From contig CAZWWR010000004.1 in the NCBI GenBank assembly GCA_964637265.1, positions 261-64,260 on the forward strand: a DNA stretch of 64,000 nucleotides. Direction: 5' to 3'. This document shows positions 30,862 to 40,764 of the stretch, one piece after another; within the stretch, counting starts at the first letter, position 1, and each line of letters opens with the position of its first letter. Both the position numbers and the translations under genes were made by a program. This stretch comes from an uncultured Jannaschia sp. Lineage in GTDB: Bacteria; Pseudomonadota; Alphaproteobacteria; Rhodobacterales; Rhodobacteraceae. Below the pieces are notes generated by a model. That model had not been told where the DNA came from and searched no databases. It saw only the letters and a program-made list of their open reading frames with translations.

Positions 30862-31839
30862 ATGAGCGACGATCCTCTCCACGCCCCTCTGCTCGAAGGC
30901 GACCGGCGGGCGCTCGCGCGGGCAATCACCCTGATCGAGAGCACCCGCGCGGACCACCGCGAGAGGGCGGCCGCGCTCCTCGACGGGCTGCGGGCGGAAG
31001 GGCGGGAGGCGATGAGGGTCGGCCTCTCGGGCACGCCCGGCGTCGGGAAATCGACCTTCATCGAAGCCTTCGGAAGCATACTCACCGGACGCGGCCTCCG
31101 CGTCGCGGTCCTGGCGGTTGATCCGTCGAGCGCCCGCACCGGGGGCTCCATCCTGGGCGACAAGACGCGGATGGAACGGCTCGCCCGGGATCCGCGGGCG
31201 TTCGTCCGCCCCTCCCCGGCGGCGAGCCATCTTGGCGGCGTCGCCCGCCGCACGCGGGAGGCCATCGCGCTGTGCGAGGCCTCGGGTTTCGACCTCGTAT
31301 TGGTGGAGACCGTCGGCGTCGGTCAGTCCGAGACGGTGGTCGCCGAGATGACAGACCTCTTCGTGCTCCTGCTCGCGCCCGCAGGCGGGGACGAGTTGCA
31401 GGGCGTGAAGCGCGGGATCATGGAGATCGCGGACCTCATCTTCGTCAACAAGGCCGACGGCGACTTGAAGGCCACGGCGACCCGGACGGTATCCGACTAC
31501 GCCGGGGCCCTGCGCCTCCTCCGTCGGCGTCCCTACGATCCTCCGGGGTTTCCGAAGGCGCTACCCGTCTCAGCGGTCGCCGAGGAGGGGCTGGACAAGG
31601 CCTGGGAGGAGATGCGGGCGCTCGCGGAGTGGCGGCGTGCGGAGGGGCATTTCGCGGCGCGCCGGGCGGAGCAGGCGGCGCACTGGTTCGCCGAGGAGGT
31701 CCGGCAGGGGCTCCTCGCCCGGCTGCGGGAGCCGGCGGCGCGGCAGCGGATGGACGCGCTCGCCGCGGAGGTGGCCGACGGAAGACGGGCCCCCGCGTCG
31801 GCGGCGCGCGACATGCTCGACGGCCTCGGCGGCGCTTGA
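30862..31839 (+). CDS. meaB: Methylmalonyl-CoA mutase-associated GTPase MeaB
   Basis: GTPGVGKST, VDPSS..GGSILGDKTRM, ETVGVGQSE, NKAD. Confidence 0.95.
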   Translation: MSDDPLHAPLLEGDRRALARAITLIESTRADHRERAAALLDGLRAEGREAMRVGLSGTPGVGKSTFIEAFGSILTGRGLRVAVLAVDPSSARTGGSILGDKTRMERLARDPRAFVRPSPAASHLGGVARRTREAIALCEASGFDLVLVETVGVGQSETVVAEMTDLFVLLLAPAGGDELQGVKRGIMEIADLIFVNKADGDLKATATRTVSDYAGALRLLRRRPYDPPGFPKALPVSAVAEEGLDKAWEEMRALAEWRRAEGHFAARRAEQAAHWFAEEVRQGLLARLREPAARQRMDALAAEVADGRRAPASAARDMLDGLGGA

Positions 31840-31864
31840 CCCCGCCCACGGGCTCGCATACTGA
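31836..31864 (+). promoter_or_regulatory. Putative sigma70 promoter of rpmB
   Basis: TTGACC-N17-TACTGA. Confidence 0.45.
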
Positions 31865-31932
31865 GCCGGCCAACGCGTGGGGCCGGTGACGGCCCCCGTT
31901 TCCTTTTGCAACCTTCAACCTAAAGGTGCCCA

Positions 31933-32235
31933 ATGTCGCGCGTCTGCGAGCTGACCGGGAAAGGCCCGATGGTGGGCAACAATGTCTCCCACGCCAACAA
32001 CAAGACGAAGCGCCGCTTCCTGCCGAACCTGAACGATGTGACGCTTCAGTCGGAAACGCTCGGGCGCGCTTTCAAGCTGCGCATCTCGTCGGCGGCGCTG
32101 CGGACCGTGGATCACCGCGGTGGCCTCGACGCCTTCCTGGCGAAGGCGAAGGACGCCGACCTGAGCCCCCGCGCGCTCAAGATCAAGCGCGACGTTGCCG
32201 CCTCGAGCTCGACGCCCGCGGCGATCGAGGGCTGA
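31933..32235 (+). CDS. rpmB: 50S ribosomal protein L28
   Basis: [29 protein letters not shown]. Confidence 0.98.
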   Translation: MSRVCELTGKGPMVGNNVSHANNKTKRRFLPNLNDVTLQSETLGRAFKLRISSAALRTVDHRGGLDAFLAKAKDADLSPRALKIKRDVAASSSTPAAIEG

Positions 32236-32543
32236 GGGTCTCGTCCGCCGGGCGGGCCCTGCGCGGGATCGCATCGACGGTGGCCACGGTGCTGTAGCTT
32301 ATTGTCCTGATGGAACGAGCGAGCCGCATCCGGCTCCGACTTCGGGCGCCTCCGGCATGGGCTTGTGATGGTTGCGGGAACGGCCATGATTGCTGGCAGT
32401 CCTCGTGCTAGTGGTTTCGAAGCCCATGACTCCGGCGAGCACAGTCACCCGAGGCAGCGAATGTCATTCCGTCCGATAGGATGTGCGGAGACACCGCGCG
32501 GTATCCGCGTCGCCGGAAACCGCTCTTCAATCGGCTGAACGCC

Positions 32544-32897
32544 TCACTCGCCCTCCGGTCGCCGGGCGTGGAGCTTCCGGGCCGCGTCCTTGTCGACCGT
32601 GGTCGGTGGCCATAGCGGGACGCCGGAGCGGAACGCCGCGCGGCCGATCATGTGCGCGCCGACAGGGGCCGTCAGCAGCAGGAACAGCACGATCAGTACC
32701 GACTTGGCGATCGTGCCGATGTCGGCGAAGCCGACCGCGACCGCGACGATGACGAGCCCCGAGGCGAGCGTGCCGGCCTTCGTTGAAGCGTGCATGCGGA
32801 TCAGAACGTCAGGCAGGCGCAGGACGCCCAGGCCCGCGATGAAGGCGAAAAACCCGCCGAGGAGCACGCAGGCTGACAGGAACAACTCAAGTGCCAC
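32544..32897 (-). CDS. mnhG: Mrp Na+/H+ antiporter subunit G
   Basis: LRLPD..RMHASTKAGT, TAPVGAH. Confidence 0.93.
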   Translation of the reverse strand: MALELFLSACVLLGGFFAFIAGLGVLRLPDVLIRMHASTKAGTLASGLVIVAVAVGFADIGTIAKSVLIVLFLLLTAPVGAHMIGRAAFRSGVPLWPPTTVDKDAARKLHARRPEGE

Positions 32898-33288
32898 GGC
32901 TGTCCCCCACTTCGGTGGAGGTTGGACCGCCCCCCAGAGCCGAGCTCTCAGTCTGCGGCGCGATCGGCGCCGCGTGCGTCCGCTCCGGCCCGCGCTTAGC
33001 CTCGCGTTCGACGTAGCGGGCGAGGGCGACCGTCGCGAGAAAGCCGACCAGCGCCAGAGCGACCGCCACGTCGAGGAAGGCCTGGCTTCCCGATTGCAGC
33101 GAATAGAGGCCGCAGAACGTGACGATCAGTACCGTCATGAGATCGAGCGCGACCACCCGGTCGGGCAGCGACGGCCCCTGGATCAGCCGGAAGAAGGCCA
33201 GTACGACCGCGATCATCACCAGTACGAAGGAGGCGCTCACCGACCAGGCGAGCACCGGCATCGTCTCGGCGAGATCACCCGTGATCAT
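32887..33288 (-). CDS. mnhF: Mrp antiporter subunit F
   Basis: GPSLPDRVVALD, GFLATVALARY. Confidence 0.92.
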   Translation of the reverse strand: MITGDLAETMPVLAWSVSASFVLVMIAVVLAFFRLIQGPSLPDRVVALDLMTVLIVTFCGLYSLQSGSQAFLDVAVALALVGFLATVALARYVEREAKRGPERTHAAPIAPQTESSALGGGPTSTEVGDSRGT

Positions 33289-33767
33289 TCCATCGCCTCC
33301 AGCACCAGGCGCTCCATGCCGTTCTCTATGCTGTCCCGGATCGCTTCCGGATCGTCCGCGAACATCGCGTGGACGTAGAGCGTGTTGCAATCCTCGGTCA
33401 CGTCGAGGCTCAGGGTGCCCGGCGTCAGCGACACGAGGTTCGTGAGCAGGAGCACTTCCGCCTCCCCCTTCACCCTCAGTGGAACGCCCACGATGCCGGG
33501 ACGCGCGCGATGGCGCGGGGTGAGCACGTCCCACGCGACGCCGATCGAACTCACCACGAGCTCGTAATGGAACAGGACGATGAGCTTGGCCCAGCGCCAC
33601 ACGCGCTGGAAGTAGCCTCCGCCGCGGTTCTCGAACAGGGGGGAGGCGACCCACAGGGCCACGAACCCGACGAAGAGGCCGACGGCGAGGCCGCCGAAGG
33701 AGAAGTCCGCCGCCAGCCCGGCCCAGGCGACGGCAAGGATGAGGTTCAGCAGGAAGAGCCCCTTCAT
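33285..33767 (-). CDS. mnhE: Mrp antiporter subunit E
   Basis: SLTPGTLSLD, LYVHAM. Confidence 0.92.
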   Translation of the reverse strand: MKGLFLLNLILAVAWAGLAADFSFGGLAVGLFVGFVALWVASPLFENRGGGYFQRVWRWAKLIVLFHYELVVSSIGVAWDVLTPRHRARPGIVGVPLRVKGEAEVLLLTNLVSLTPGTLSLDVTEDCNTLYVHAMFADDPEAIRDSIENGMERLVLEAME

Positions 33768-35293
33768 CTGAGTGCTCCCATCATCGTGTCGTTCGGGGTC
33801 GCCTGCGGTCCGAGGACGGCCGCGACGTAGCTGGACGGATCGAGGAGTTCCTCCGCCGACCGGGTGGCGAGCTCGAGGAACGGTTCCGGGAAGAGCCCGA
33901 TGATGACCGTGCAGATCGCGAGGCCCGCGATGGGCACGATGAACGCGAGGCGCCGGCCCAGGGGCAGGTCGTTGAGCGACGGCACCAGGCCGTTCGGATG
34001 CGGCTCCCAGAAGGCGCGCCCCCATATCTTCGTCATCGAGTAGATGGTGAGCATCCCGACCGCCAGGATCGCGAAGGCGACCAGCCATGCCTCAACGTCA
34101 AGCGAGGCGTCGAGGAGCACGTACTTCGCCCAGAAGCCCGAGAGCGGCGGGAACCCTGCGAGGCTGAACGCCGGGATGAGGAAGAGCAGGCCGAGCAGGG
34201 GCGCGCCCTTGTAGAGGCCTCCGATCCGGTCGAGTTCCGTATCGCCAGCGATTCGATCCGCCACGCCCGAGACGAGGAACAGGTTCGCCTTCACCACGAT
34301 GTGGTGGACGAGGTAGAAGACCGCCCCCGCCACCGCGAGCGGCGTCATGAGTGCGAGGCCGAGCACCATGTACCCGATCTGGCTCACGATGTGGAACGAG
34401 AGGATCTTGCGGAAATCCGTCTGTGCCGCGGCGCCGAGCACCCCCGTCACCATCGTCAGCACCGCGACCCAGAGCAGGATCGTGTGGGTGAAGGGAACGT
34501 CCTGCGTGAAGACGAGCGTGAACATCCGGATGAGCGCGTAGACGCCGACCTTCGTCAGGAGCCCGGCGAACACCGCGGAGACCGCGAAGGCGGGCGTGTG
34601 ATAGGAGGCCGGGAGCCAGAAGAAGAGCGGGAACACGGCCGCCTTCACTCCGAAGCCCACCATGAACATGACCGCGATCACGGTCAGGAGGGGGCCGTCC
34701 GCGTCCCGCACCGCGAGGTGGAGGTCGGCCATGTTGAGCGTGCCCGTGACGCCGTAGAGGAGGCCGATCCCGCTCAGGAAGAGGATGGTCGAGATCAGGT
34801 TGAGGGTGACGTACTTGATCCCGGCGTCGAGCTGCACCTTGCGGCCACCGAGGATGAGCAGTCCGAAGGAGGAGATCAGCATCACCTCGAACCAGACGTA
34901 GAGGTTGAAGAGATCCCCCGTCAGGAACGCCCCCGTCACGCCCGCGATCAGCACCTGGAACAGGGCGTGGTAGCCAAGCTCCTCCATCGGCTCAGAAACG
35001 TCGGAAACGGCGTAGACAGAGACGGCGAGAGCCGTGATCCCGGTGATGACGACCATCACGGCCGAGAGGATGTCGGCCACCAGCGTGATCCCGAAGGGCG
35101 CCGGCCATCCGCCCATCTGGGCGGCGACGGTGCCGTCGGTGATCACCTCGGCCAGCAGGACGGCGCCCGCCCCGAGATGGATCGCGGCGCCCCCGGCGCT
35201 GATCCAGCGTCCCTCTCGGCCTCGGCGGAAGAGGAACGCGAGCACCGCCGTGAAGAACGGCACGATGATCGGCAGGGCGAGGAGCCAGCTCAC
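33764..35293 (-). CDS. mnhD: Mrp antiporter subunit D
   Basis: GTG start; GGWPAPFGI, TGDLFNLYVWFEVML, WLPASY, LLTKVGVY. Confidence 0.93.
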   Translation of the reverse strand: MSWLLALPIIVPFFTAVLAFLFRRGREGRWISAGGAAIHLGAGAVLLAEVITDGTVAAQMGGWPAPFGITLVADILSAVMVVITGITALAVSVYAVSDVSEPMEELGYHALFQVLIAGVTGAFLTGDLFNLYVWFEVMLISSFGLLILGGRKVQLDAGIKYVTLNLISTILFLSGIGLLYGVTGTLNMADLHLAVRDADGPLLTVIAVMFMVGFGVKAAVFPLFFWLPASYHTPAFAVSAVFAGLLTKVGVYALIRMFTLVFTQDVPFTHTILLWVAVLTMVTGVLGAAAQTDFRKILSFHIVSQIGYMVLGLALMTPLAVAGAVFYLVHHIVVKANLFLVSGVADRIAGDTELDRIGGLYKGAPLLGLLFLIPAFSLAGFPPLSGFWAKYVLLDASLDVEAWLVAFAILAVGMLTIYSMTKIWGRAFWEPHPNGLVPSLNDLPLGRRLAFIVPIAGLAICTVIIGLFPEPFLELATRSAEELLDPSSYVAAVLGPQATPNDTMMGALR

Positions 35294-35709
35294 GTGCGTG
35301 CCTCTCCCTGACGGACTTCGGCCTGCGGACCCGGGGCGGGCAGGGCGGGGCGTGCGCCGGGACGGGGCTCGGCCAGCCGCATCTCGTCCGTGTCGAGCGT
35401 GCCGAGGTTCTGGTACCCGCGGTACACGAGCACGAGCGCGAAGGCGAAGAGGCCGAAGCCGATCACGATCGCCGTCAGCACCAGCGCCTGCGGCAGGGCG
35501 TTCGCCACCAGGCCCGTCGGCTCGTCCTGCCCGTAGGGAATGAGGGGAGGCGCCTCGGGCGTGAGGCCGCCGGCCGCGAAGATCAGCAGGTTCGCCGCGT
35601 TCGAGATGAGGATCAAGCCGAAGATGAAGCGCAGCACGTTGCGCGCGAGCATGAGGTAGACGCTCGCGGCCACGAGCACGCCCACCATCACGGCCATCAG
35701 CGTCTCCAT
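35290..35709 (-). CDS. mnhC: Mrp antiporter subunit C
   Basis: LPQALVLTAIVIGF. Confidence 0.93.
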   Translation of the reverse strand: METLMAVMVGVLVAASVYLMLARNVLRFIFGLILISNAANLLIFAAGGLTPEAPPLIPYGQDEPTGLVANALPQALVLTAIVIGFGLFAFALVLVYRGYQNLGTLDTDEMRLAEPRPGARPALPAPGPQAEVRQGEART

Positions 35710-36149
35710 CAGACCTCCTCCTCGAGCGCCAGCACCAGCGTGAGGATCCCGCCGAGCACCACAAGGTACACGCCAATGTCGAACATCAGGATCGACGAGA
35801 GCGGGATCGCAGACGGCTGGTAGCCGTTCTCGGCGACGTAGCCATCGCCGCCGACGAAGAGCCATTGCCCGGTGAAGAAGGCGTCCGACGACAGGAAGGC
35901 GATGCAGCCTGCGAGCAGCGCAAGCCCAAGGCCGCCCATCGCGATGGTCTGCGGCTCGAGCCTGAGCGCCTCCCGTGCCGCGCGGCAGCCATGCGCGATG
36001 GCGTAGAGCACGAAGCCCGTCGCACCGATAAGACCGCCGATGAAGCCGCCTCCCGGCTCGTTGTGCCCGCGGAGCAGCATGTAGAACGAGAAGATGAGCA
36101 GGAGCGCGACGAGCACCCGGGTGGCGGCGCGCACGATCTGGGAGGTCAT
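35709..36149 (-). CDS. mnhB: Mrp antiporter subunit B
   Basis: RGHNEPGGGFIGGL, FDIGVYLVV. Confidence 0.92.
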   Translation of the reverse strand: MTSQIVRAATRVLVALLLIFSFYMLLRGHNEPGGGFIGGLIGATGFVLYAIAHGCRAAREALRLEPQTIAMGGLGLALLAGCIAFLSSDAFFTGQWLFVGGDGYVAENGYQPSAIPLSSILMFDIGVYLVVLGGILTLVLALEEEV

Positions 36150-38554
36150 GTGCGGCTCTCCGGGCTGCGGACGGGGGGTGCCTGGGCGGCCGTGGCGGGA
36201 GTGGCGGGCGCCGCGGCGACGGGCTCGGGCATGCCGTGGGCCGGGTGCAGCGCCGGCGGGCGGGCGGAATGGAGCGGCGGCTCGTGGCCCTGAGCCACCT
36301 CGGACCCGACGGCGACGCGCCCGGCGCCCCGAAGGAGGGCGTAGGCCCCCAACGCGGCGATCGCGACGACGGCGATCTCGCCGAACGTGTCGATGGCGCG
36401 GAAGTCGACGAGGATCACGTTGACGATGTTCCGTCCGTAGGCCTCCACCCAGGCGGTCGCCTCGAAATACGCGGTGAGGCGGCGGTCGACGGGCACCTCC
36501 TGGACGGCCAGGAGCACGAGCGTCGTCACGGAGCCGAGCGAAAGGGCCAGGGCCAAGTCCCAGCCCCGGAACTGCGTCACCCGGGAGACGTCGAGCTTCG
36601 GAAGCTTCAGGACCGCAACCGACATCAGGACGACGACGAGAACCTCGACCATGAGCTGGGTGATCGCCACATCGGGCGCGCCGAAGATGATGAAGATGAG
36701 CGCGACGCCGACGCCCACGACGCCGAGCGCGGCCACCGCCGTCATTCGCGAGGTGGTGAAGGCCGTCACCATCGCTCCGGCCGTGACGAAGATGAGGACC
36801 GACCAGTGCTTGAGCTGAAGGTCGTTCAGCGCTGGGATCTCGGGCCAGACCCGTCCCCGCACGAGCGCCGCGATCACCACGGCGACGAGTGAACCGAAGG
36901 TGATGAAGATGTAGCGTCTGAGGACGCCCGACTGGATCACGCGGGTCTGCCACTTCGCCAGACCGTAGAGCCCGTCCATCATACCGTCCCAACCCGGGTC
37001 GAAGTGGATCGGCGCCCGTGCGTCGGCCCGGGCCAGCCATCCGCGCAGCCGACGGTGCATGAGGTAGAGGACGAAACCGACGGCGAAGGTTGCCAGCGAG
37101 AGCAGGAACGCCGTGTTCACCTCCCGGAAGAGGTAGAAATAGGCGTCGAGCGGCCGCCCCGCGACGTCGTCGGCAGCGGCGGCGATGAGCCCCCCGGCGA
37201 CGTTCGGGAACAGTCCGAAGGCGAGGCCGAGACTGGAGAGGAGAAGCGGACCCGCGAGCATCGCCCAAGGGCCTTCATGTGCCGGTACGGGCGTGTCGGC
37301 GAGCCGCCCGACGAAGGGGCGGAAGGCCACGATGCCCGCCGCGCAGAACATCAGGGCGGACGCGGCGAAGGCGCAGCCGAGCATCCAGAGGCGGCCCGCA
37401 TCGAGCTCGAGGGCGCCCTTGTAGAGCCACTCCTTGCCGATGAAGCCCATGAAGGGCGGGATCCCGGCCATGGAGGTCGCGGCCAGCCACGCCGCGATCG
37501 CCGTCACGGGCATCGCACGCGCAAGTCCCCTCAGCGCGTCGACCTCGCGCGTGCCGGTGCCGTGGTCCACCGTGCCGATCATGAGGAACAGCGCGGCCTT
37601 GTAGAGCGCGTGCACCACGAGGAAGAGCATCGCCGCCTCGATCGCGGTGTCGCCGCCCGCCCCGATGAAGAGCGTGAGCGTGCCGAGCGCCATCAGGGTG
37701 GTGTAGGCGAGGATCTGCTTGATGTCGGTCTGACGGATGGCGACGAAGCTGGCGAAGACCGCCGTGACGCCCCCGAAGATCGTCAGTGTCCAGAACCAAG
37801 CATCCGTGCCGCCCAGTTGGGGGTTCAGCCGGGCCATGAGGTAGACCCCGCCCTTCACCATCGTCGCGGAGTGGAGGTAGGCGGAGACCGGCGTGGGCGC
37901 GGCCATGGCATTGGGTAGCCAGAAGTGGAACGGCACCTGAGCGGACTTGGTGAAGGCCCCCGCGAGGACGAGGACGAGGATCGCCGGATACAGCGCGTGC
38001 CCGGTCAGATCACCGATCTCTGAGATCTCGAAGGTGCCCGCGGCCGTGCCGATCAGGACGATGCCCGCGAGGAAGGCGAGGCCTCCGGTGCCGGTGACGA
38101 GCAGAGCCTGGAGGGCGTTACGTCGCGACTTCGCGTCGTCCGCGTTGTAGCCGATGAGGAGATACGAGGAGATCGTGGTGATCTCCCAGAATACGAACAG
38201 GGCCAGGAGGTTGTCCGAGAGGACGAGACCCAGCATGCCGATCATGAAGCTCAGGAGGTAGAGGACGAACCTCGCGTAATGGGGCTCGTGCCCGAGATAG
38301 GCAGTGGCGAACAGCGCCACCAGCGTGCCGATCCCGGTGATGAGCAGCGCGAAGATCAGCGACAGCCCGTCGAGATGCATGCCGAGCGTCACGCCGAGCG
38401 TGGGCACCCAGTCGATCCGCCAGAGAAGATCCTCGCCTGCGGCGACCGGCGGGAGGTACTGCAGGAAGAACGCGAAGAGCGCCGCCGGAAGGAGGATCGA
38501 TACCCACCCTGCCGGACCCCCGAGGGGGGGCGCATCGCCCGTTCCTGCCGCCAT
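36146..38554 (-). CDS. mnhA: Mrp antiporter subunit A
   Basis: FWE, TKSAQVPFHFWLPNAMAAPTPVSAYLHSATMVK, APDVAITQ, NVILVDFR..DT. Confidence 0.95.
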   Translation of the reverse strand: MAAGTGDAPPLGGPAGWVSILLPAALFAFFLQYLPPVAAGEDLLWRIDWVPTLGVTLGMHLDGLSLIFALLITGIGTLVALFATAYLGHEPHYARFVLYLLSFMIGMLGLVLSDNLLALFVFWEITTISSYLLIGYNADDAKSRRNALQALLVTGTGGLAFLAGIVLIGTAAGTFEISEIGDLTGHALYPAILVLVLAGAFTKSAQVPFHFWLPNAMAAPTPVSAYLHSATMVKGGVYLMARLNPQLGGTDAWFWTLTIFGGVTAVFASFVAIRQTDIKQILAYTTLMALGTLTLFIGAGGDTAIEAAMLFLVVHALYKAALFLMIGTVDHGTGTREVDALRGLARAMPVTAIAAWLAATSMAGIPPFMGFIGKEWLYKGALELDAGRLWMLGCAFAASALMFCAAGIVAFRPFVGRLADTPVPAHEGPWAMLAGPLLLSSLGLAFGLFPNVAGGLIAAAADDVAGRPLDAYFYLFREVNTAFLLSLATFAVGFVLYLMHRRLRGWLARADARAPIHFDPGWDGMMDGLYGLAKWQTRVIQSGVLRRYIFITFGSLVAVVIAALVRGRVWPEIPALNDLQLKHWSVLIFVTAGAMVTAFTTSRMTAVAALGVVGVGVALIFIIFGAPDVAITQLMVEVLVVVLMSVAVLKLPKLDVSRVTQFRGWDLALALSLGSVTTLVLLAVQEVPVDRRLTAYFEATAWVEAYGRNIVNVILVDFRAIDTFGEIAVVAIAALGAYALLRGAGRVAVGSEVAQGHEPPLHSARPPALHPAHGMPEPVAAAPATPATAAQAPPVRSPESRT

Positions 38555-38635
38555 GTGGGATACCCTTCTGCGCCGTCGCGGGGGGAGATAGACCCTGGGT
38601 TTGATTGTTCAACCCATCGCACTAACTCGGATCGA

Positions 38636-38650
38636 ATAGTCCAGTCCTAT
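38636..38650. promoter_or_regulatory. OxyR-type LysR box ATAG-N7-CTAT
   Basis: ATAG TCCAGTC CTAT between the divergent mnhA and LysR starts. Confidence 0.65.
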
Positions 38651-38675
38651 CATGCCGGCGACCGGAGAACGACCG

Positions 38676-39623
38676 ATGCTCCCCACGCTTCAGCAGTTTC
38701 GCTACCTCGTCGCCATCGCCGAGACGCTGCATTTCCGCAAGGCCGCGGAATCCGTAAACGTCACGCAGCCGACACTGTCGGCTCAGCTTCGCGAGCTCGA
38801 GACGAAGCTCGGGGTGGAGCTCGTCGAGCGGGCCCGCGGGGGCGTGATCCTGACACCGATAGGCGCCGAGGTCGCCCGCCGCGCGCGCGCGCTTCTCCGC
38901 GACGCCGAGGATATCAAGGAATTGGCCAGCCGCGGTTCCGATCCCTTCTCCGGCACGTTCCGCGTGGGGCTGGTGCAGTCCCTGGGATCCTATTTCCTGC
39001 CCCTCGTCCTGCCGACGCTCCACGTCACCTATCCGTCGCTCAAGCTCGGCGTGCGGGAAGGGCTGGCGGCCGATCTGCTCTCGCGTCTGCGGGCGGGGAC
39101 GCTGGACGCGCTCTTCTTTCCGCTCCCGGTGGAGGACGAGACGCTCCATGCAGAACCGCTCTTCGCCGAGCCTCTCCTCGCGGTGGTCCCGGCGGAGCAC
39201 CCCCTCGCCGAGCTGGACGTCATCGAACGGTCCCGCCTGCGCGGCGAGACGGTGATGACGCTGGAGGACGGGCACCGTTTGCACGGAACGGTCGCGTCGC
39301 TCTGTCAGGAGACCGGCGCCCATCTTTCGCTCGACTACGAGGGGACGTCGCTCGACACCCTGAGGCAGATGGTGGCGACCGGTCTGGGGCTCTCGATCCT
39401 CCCGGCCCTCTACGTCCGGTCGGAGGTCGAGCGGGAGCGCCTCGTCGTCGCCCGCCCGCTTGAGGAGCCGCAGCCGGCGCGCCGGATCGGGATGATCTGG
39501 CGGCGAACCGCATCGGCCTCGCCCGCCTTCGAGGAGCTAGCCGAACTCATCCGGGACATTCTCGAGCGCGAGGCGCCCGAGGTGAAGGTGCTGAGGCAGA
39601 GGCGTCTCGTCCCGGCGGGATGA
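38676..39623 (+). CDS. OxyR-like LysR regulator lacking the peroxidatic Cys
   Basis: HFRKAAE..VTQPTLSAQ HTH; LEDGHRL (OxyR LEDGHCL); TSLDTLRQMVA.G.G..ILPAL. Confidence 0.85.
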   Translation: MLPTLQQFRYLVAIAETLHFRKAAESVNVTQPTLSAQLRELETKLGVELVERARGGVILTPIGAEVARRARALLRDAEDIKELASRGSDPFSGTFRVGLVQSLGSYFLPLVLPTLHVTYPSLKLGVREGLAADLLSRLRAGTLDALFFPLPVEDETLHAEPLFAEPLLAVVPAEHPLAELDVIERSRLRGETVMTLEDGHRLHGTVASLCQETGAHLSLDYEGTSLDTLRQMVATGLGLSILPALYVRSEVERERLVVARPLEEPQPARRIGMIWRRTASASPAFEELAELIRDILEREAPEVKVLRQRRLVPAG

Positions 39624-40022
39624 CGGCTGGTCCGGCCCCGCCATCGCTCTGAGGTCGCGCCCTCGATCTTGGGGCCATGCTCCTGCATATCCCGTGCCAG
39701 CCTTGCACGCTTGGTTCCGTCCTGCGCCATCCTGTCGAGCCCGGACGGCGAGGATCCCCCGTGGAACCGGTAATGGTGCTTCCGCAATCTTGAAGAGACG
39801 TGGAGCGATCGCATGGCTCCGGGCATGCGGCCTGCATTCACCTACTGCTCACGCCGAGCATTGGACTTACCGATGAGCGTCCGGGCGGCCTCATATCAGG
39901 GTCGGTCTACCCGACATCGGCCAGTCTGCCACGCCTTTCCCCTTGCAGTCGACGCGATGGATCCTTTCTCCTGCTTCGGCGTTACAGCAACGATCGAACT
40001 CGGTGAAGATTAGGATGACCCC

Positions 40023-40370
40023 ATGCTTGCCTCCCAGTACAGTATTTGCACCCCCGGCCGCAAATCTCGGGCCGGCGCGTCCCGTCGCGAAGATGGCTCG
40101 AATGATCAGAAAGTTGCCGGCACTTCCGACACGCCCGCTGCACCCTGGGACATCAAGGTTCTGCTAGGCGGCCACTCTCCCAGCTTCGGGGCTCTATCTG
40201 CGGCTGTATCAGAAGCGTTCGGGCCTGTCGGGGCAAGAATCACACGCAGGGGGGAAGCGCTCGTCCTGCGCGCGACGATGAACGGTGAGGCTGCCGAGGA
40301 GGCCGCGACCCGCCTGCTGGCCCGCCTCCCGGGAGCAGTACTCGACGCGATCATCGCCGTACGCCGCTAG
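40023..40370 (+). CDS. Hypothetical protein
   Basis: 115-aa ORF with AGGA upstream; protein-like C-terminal half; no family recognised. Confidence 0.4.
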   Translation: MLASQYSICTPGRKSRAGASRREDGSNDQKVAGTSDTPAAPWDIKVLLGGHSPSFGALSAAVSEAFGPVGARITRRGEALVLRATMNGEAAEEAATRLLARLPGAVLDAIIAVRR

Positions 40371-40764
40371 CCCGGGTCAGCGCAGCTTGGGCGCAGGACC
40401 TACCGTTCGGCTCGTAGGCCCGGGACGGTAGAACCCACTCGACGCGTCCTGCACGATGCAGTGCGGGGTCATGCTGACCTCGGAAGGTGCATATTCGATC
40501 CGCCTCCCGTCTCCCACTAGCTGCGGACGGGCAACTGACCACGGCTTGGGATCAATTTTCGAATAGGTGCGGATCGGCCATGGCCTCGCGTCCGCCGGCA
40601 AGACCCATGTCCCCCCGCGAGAGGGGTCGTTCAATAGGCCGTAGCGGAAGCGGGCGGGGTCCGGATGGGCTGACTGCTGTCGGAGGGCCGAAACAGCATG
40701 TCCCGCGGACCGGTGGTGTTCACGGAGGTCGTAAGATCGCTTCCCCCCATTAGGCCGCGGGAGA

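Noticed and set aside
40377-40634. 85-aa minus-strand ORF
   Set aside because: No clear RBS, atypical codon use and no recognisable motif
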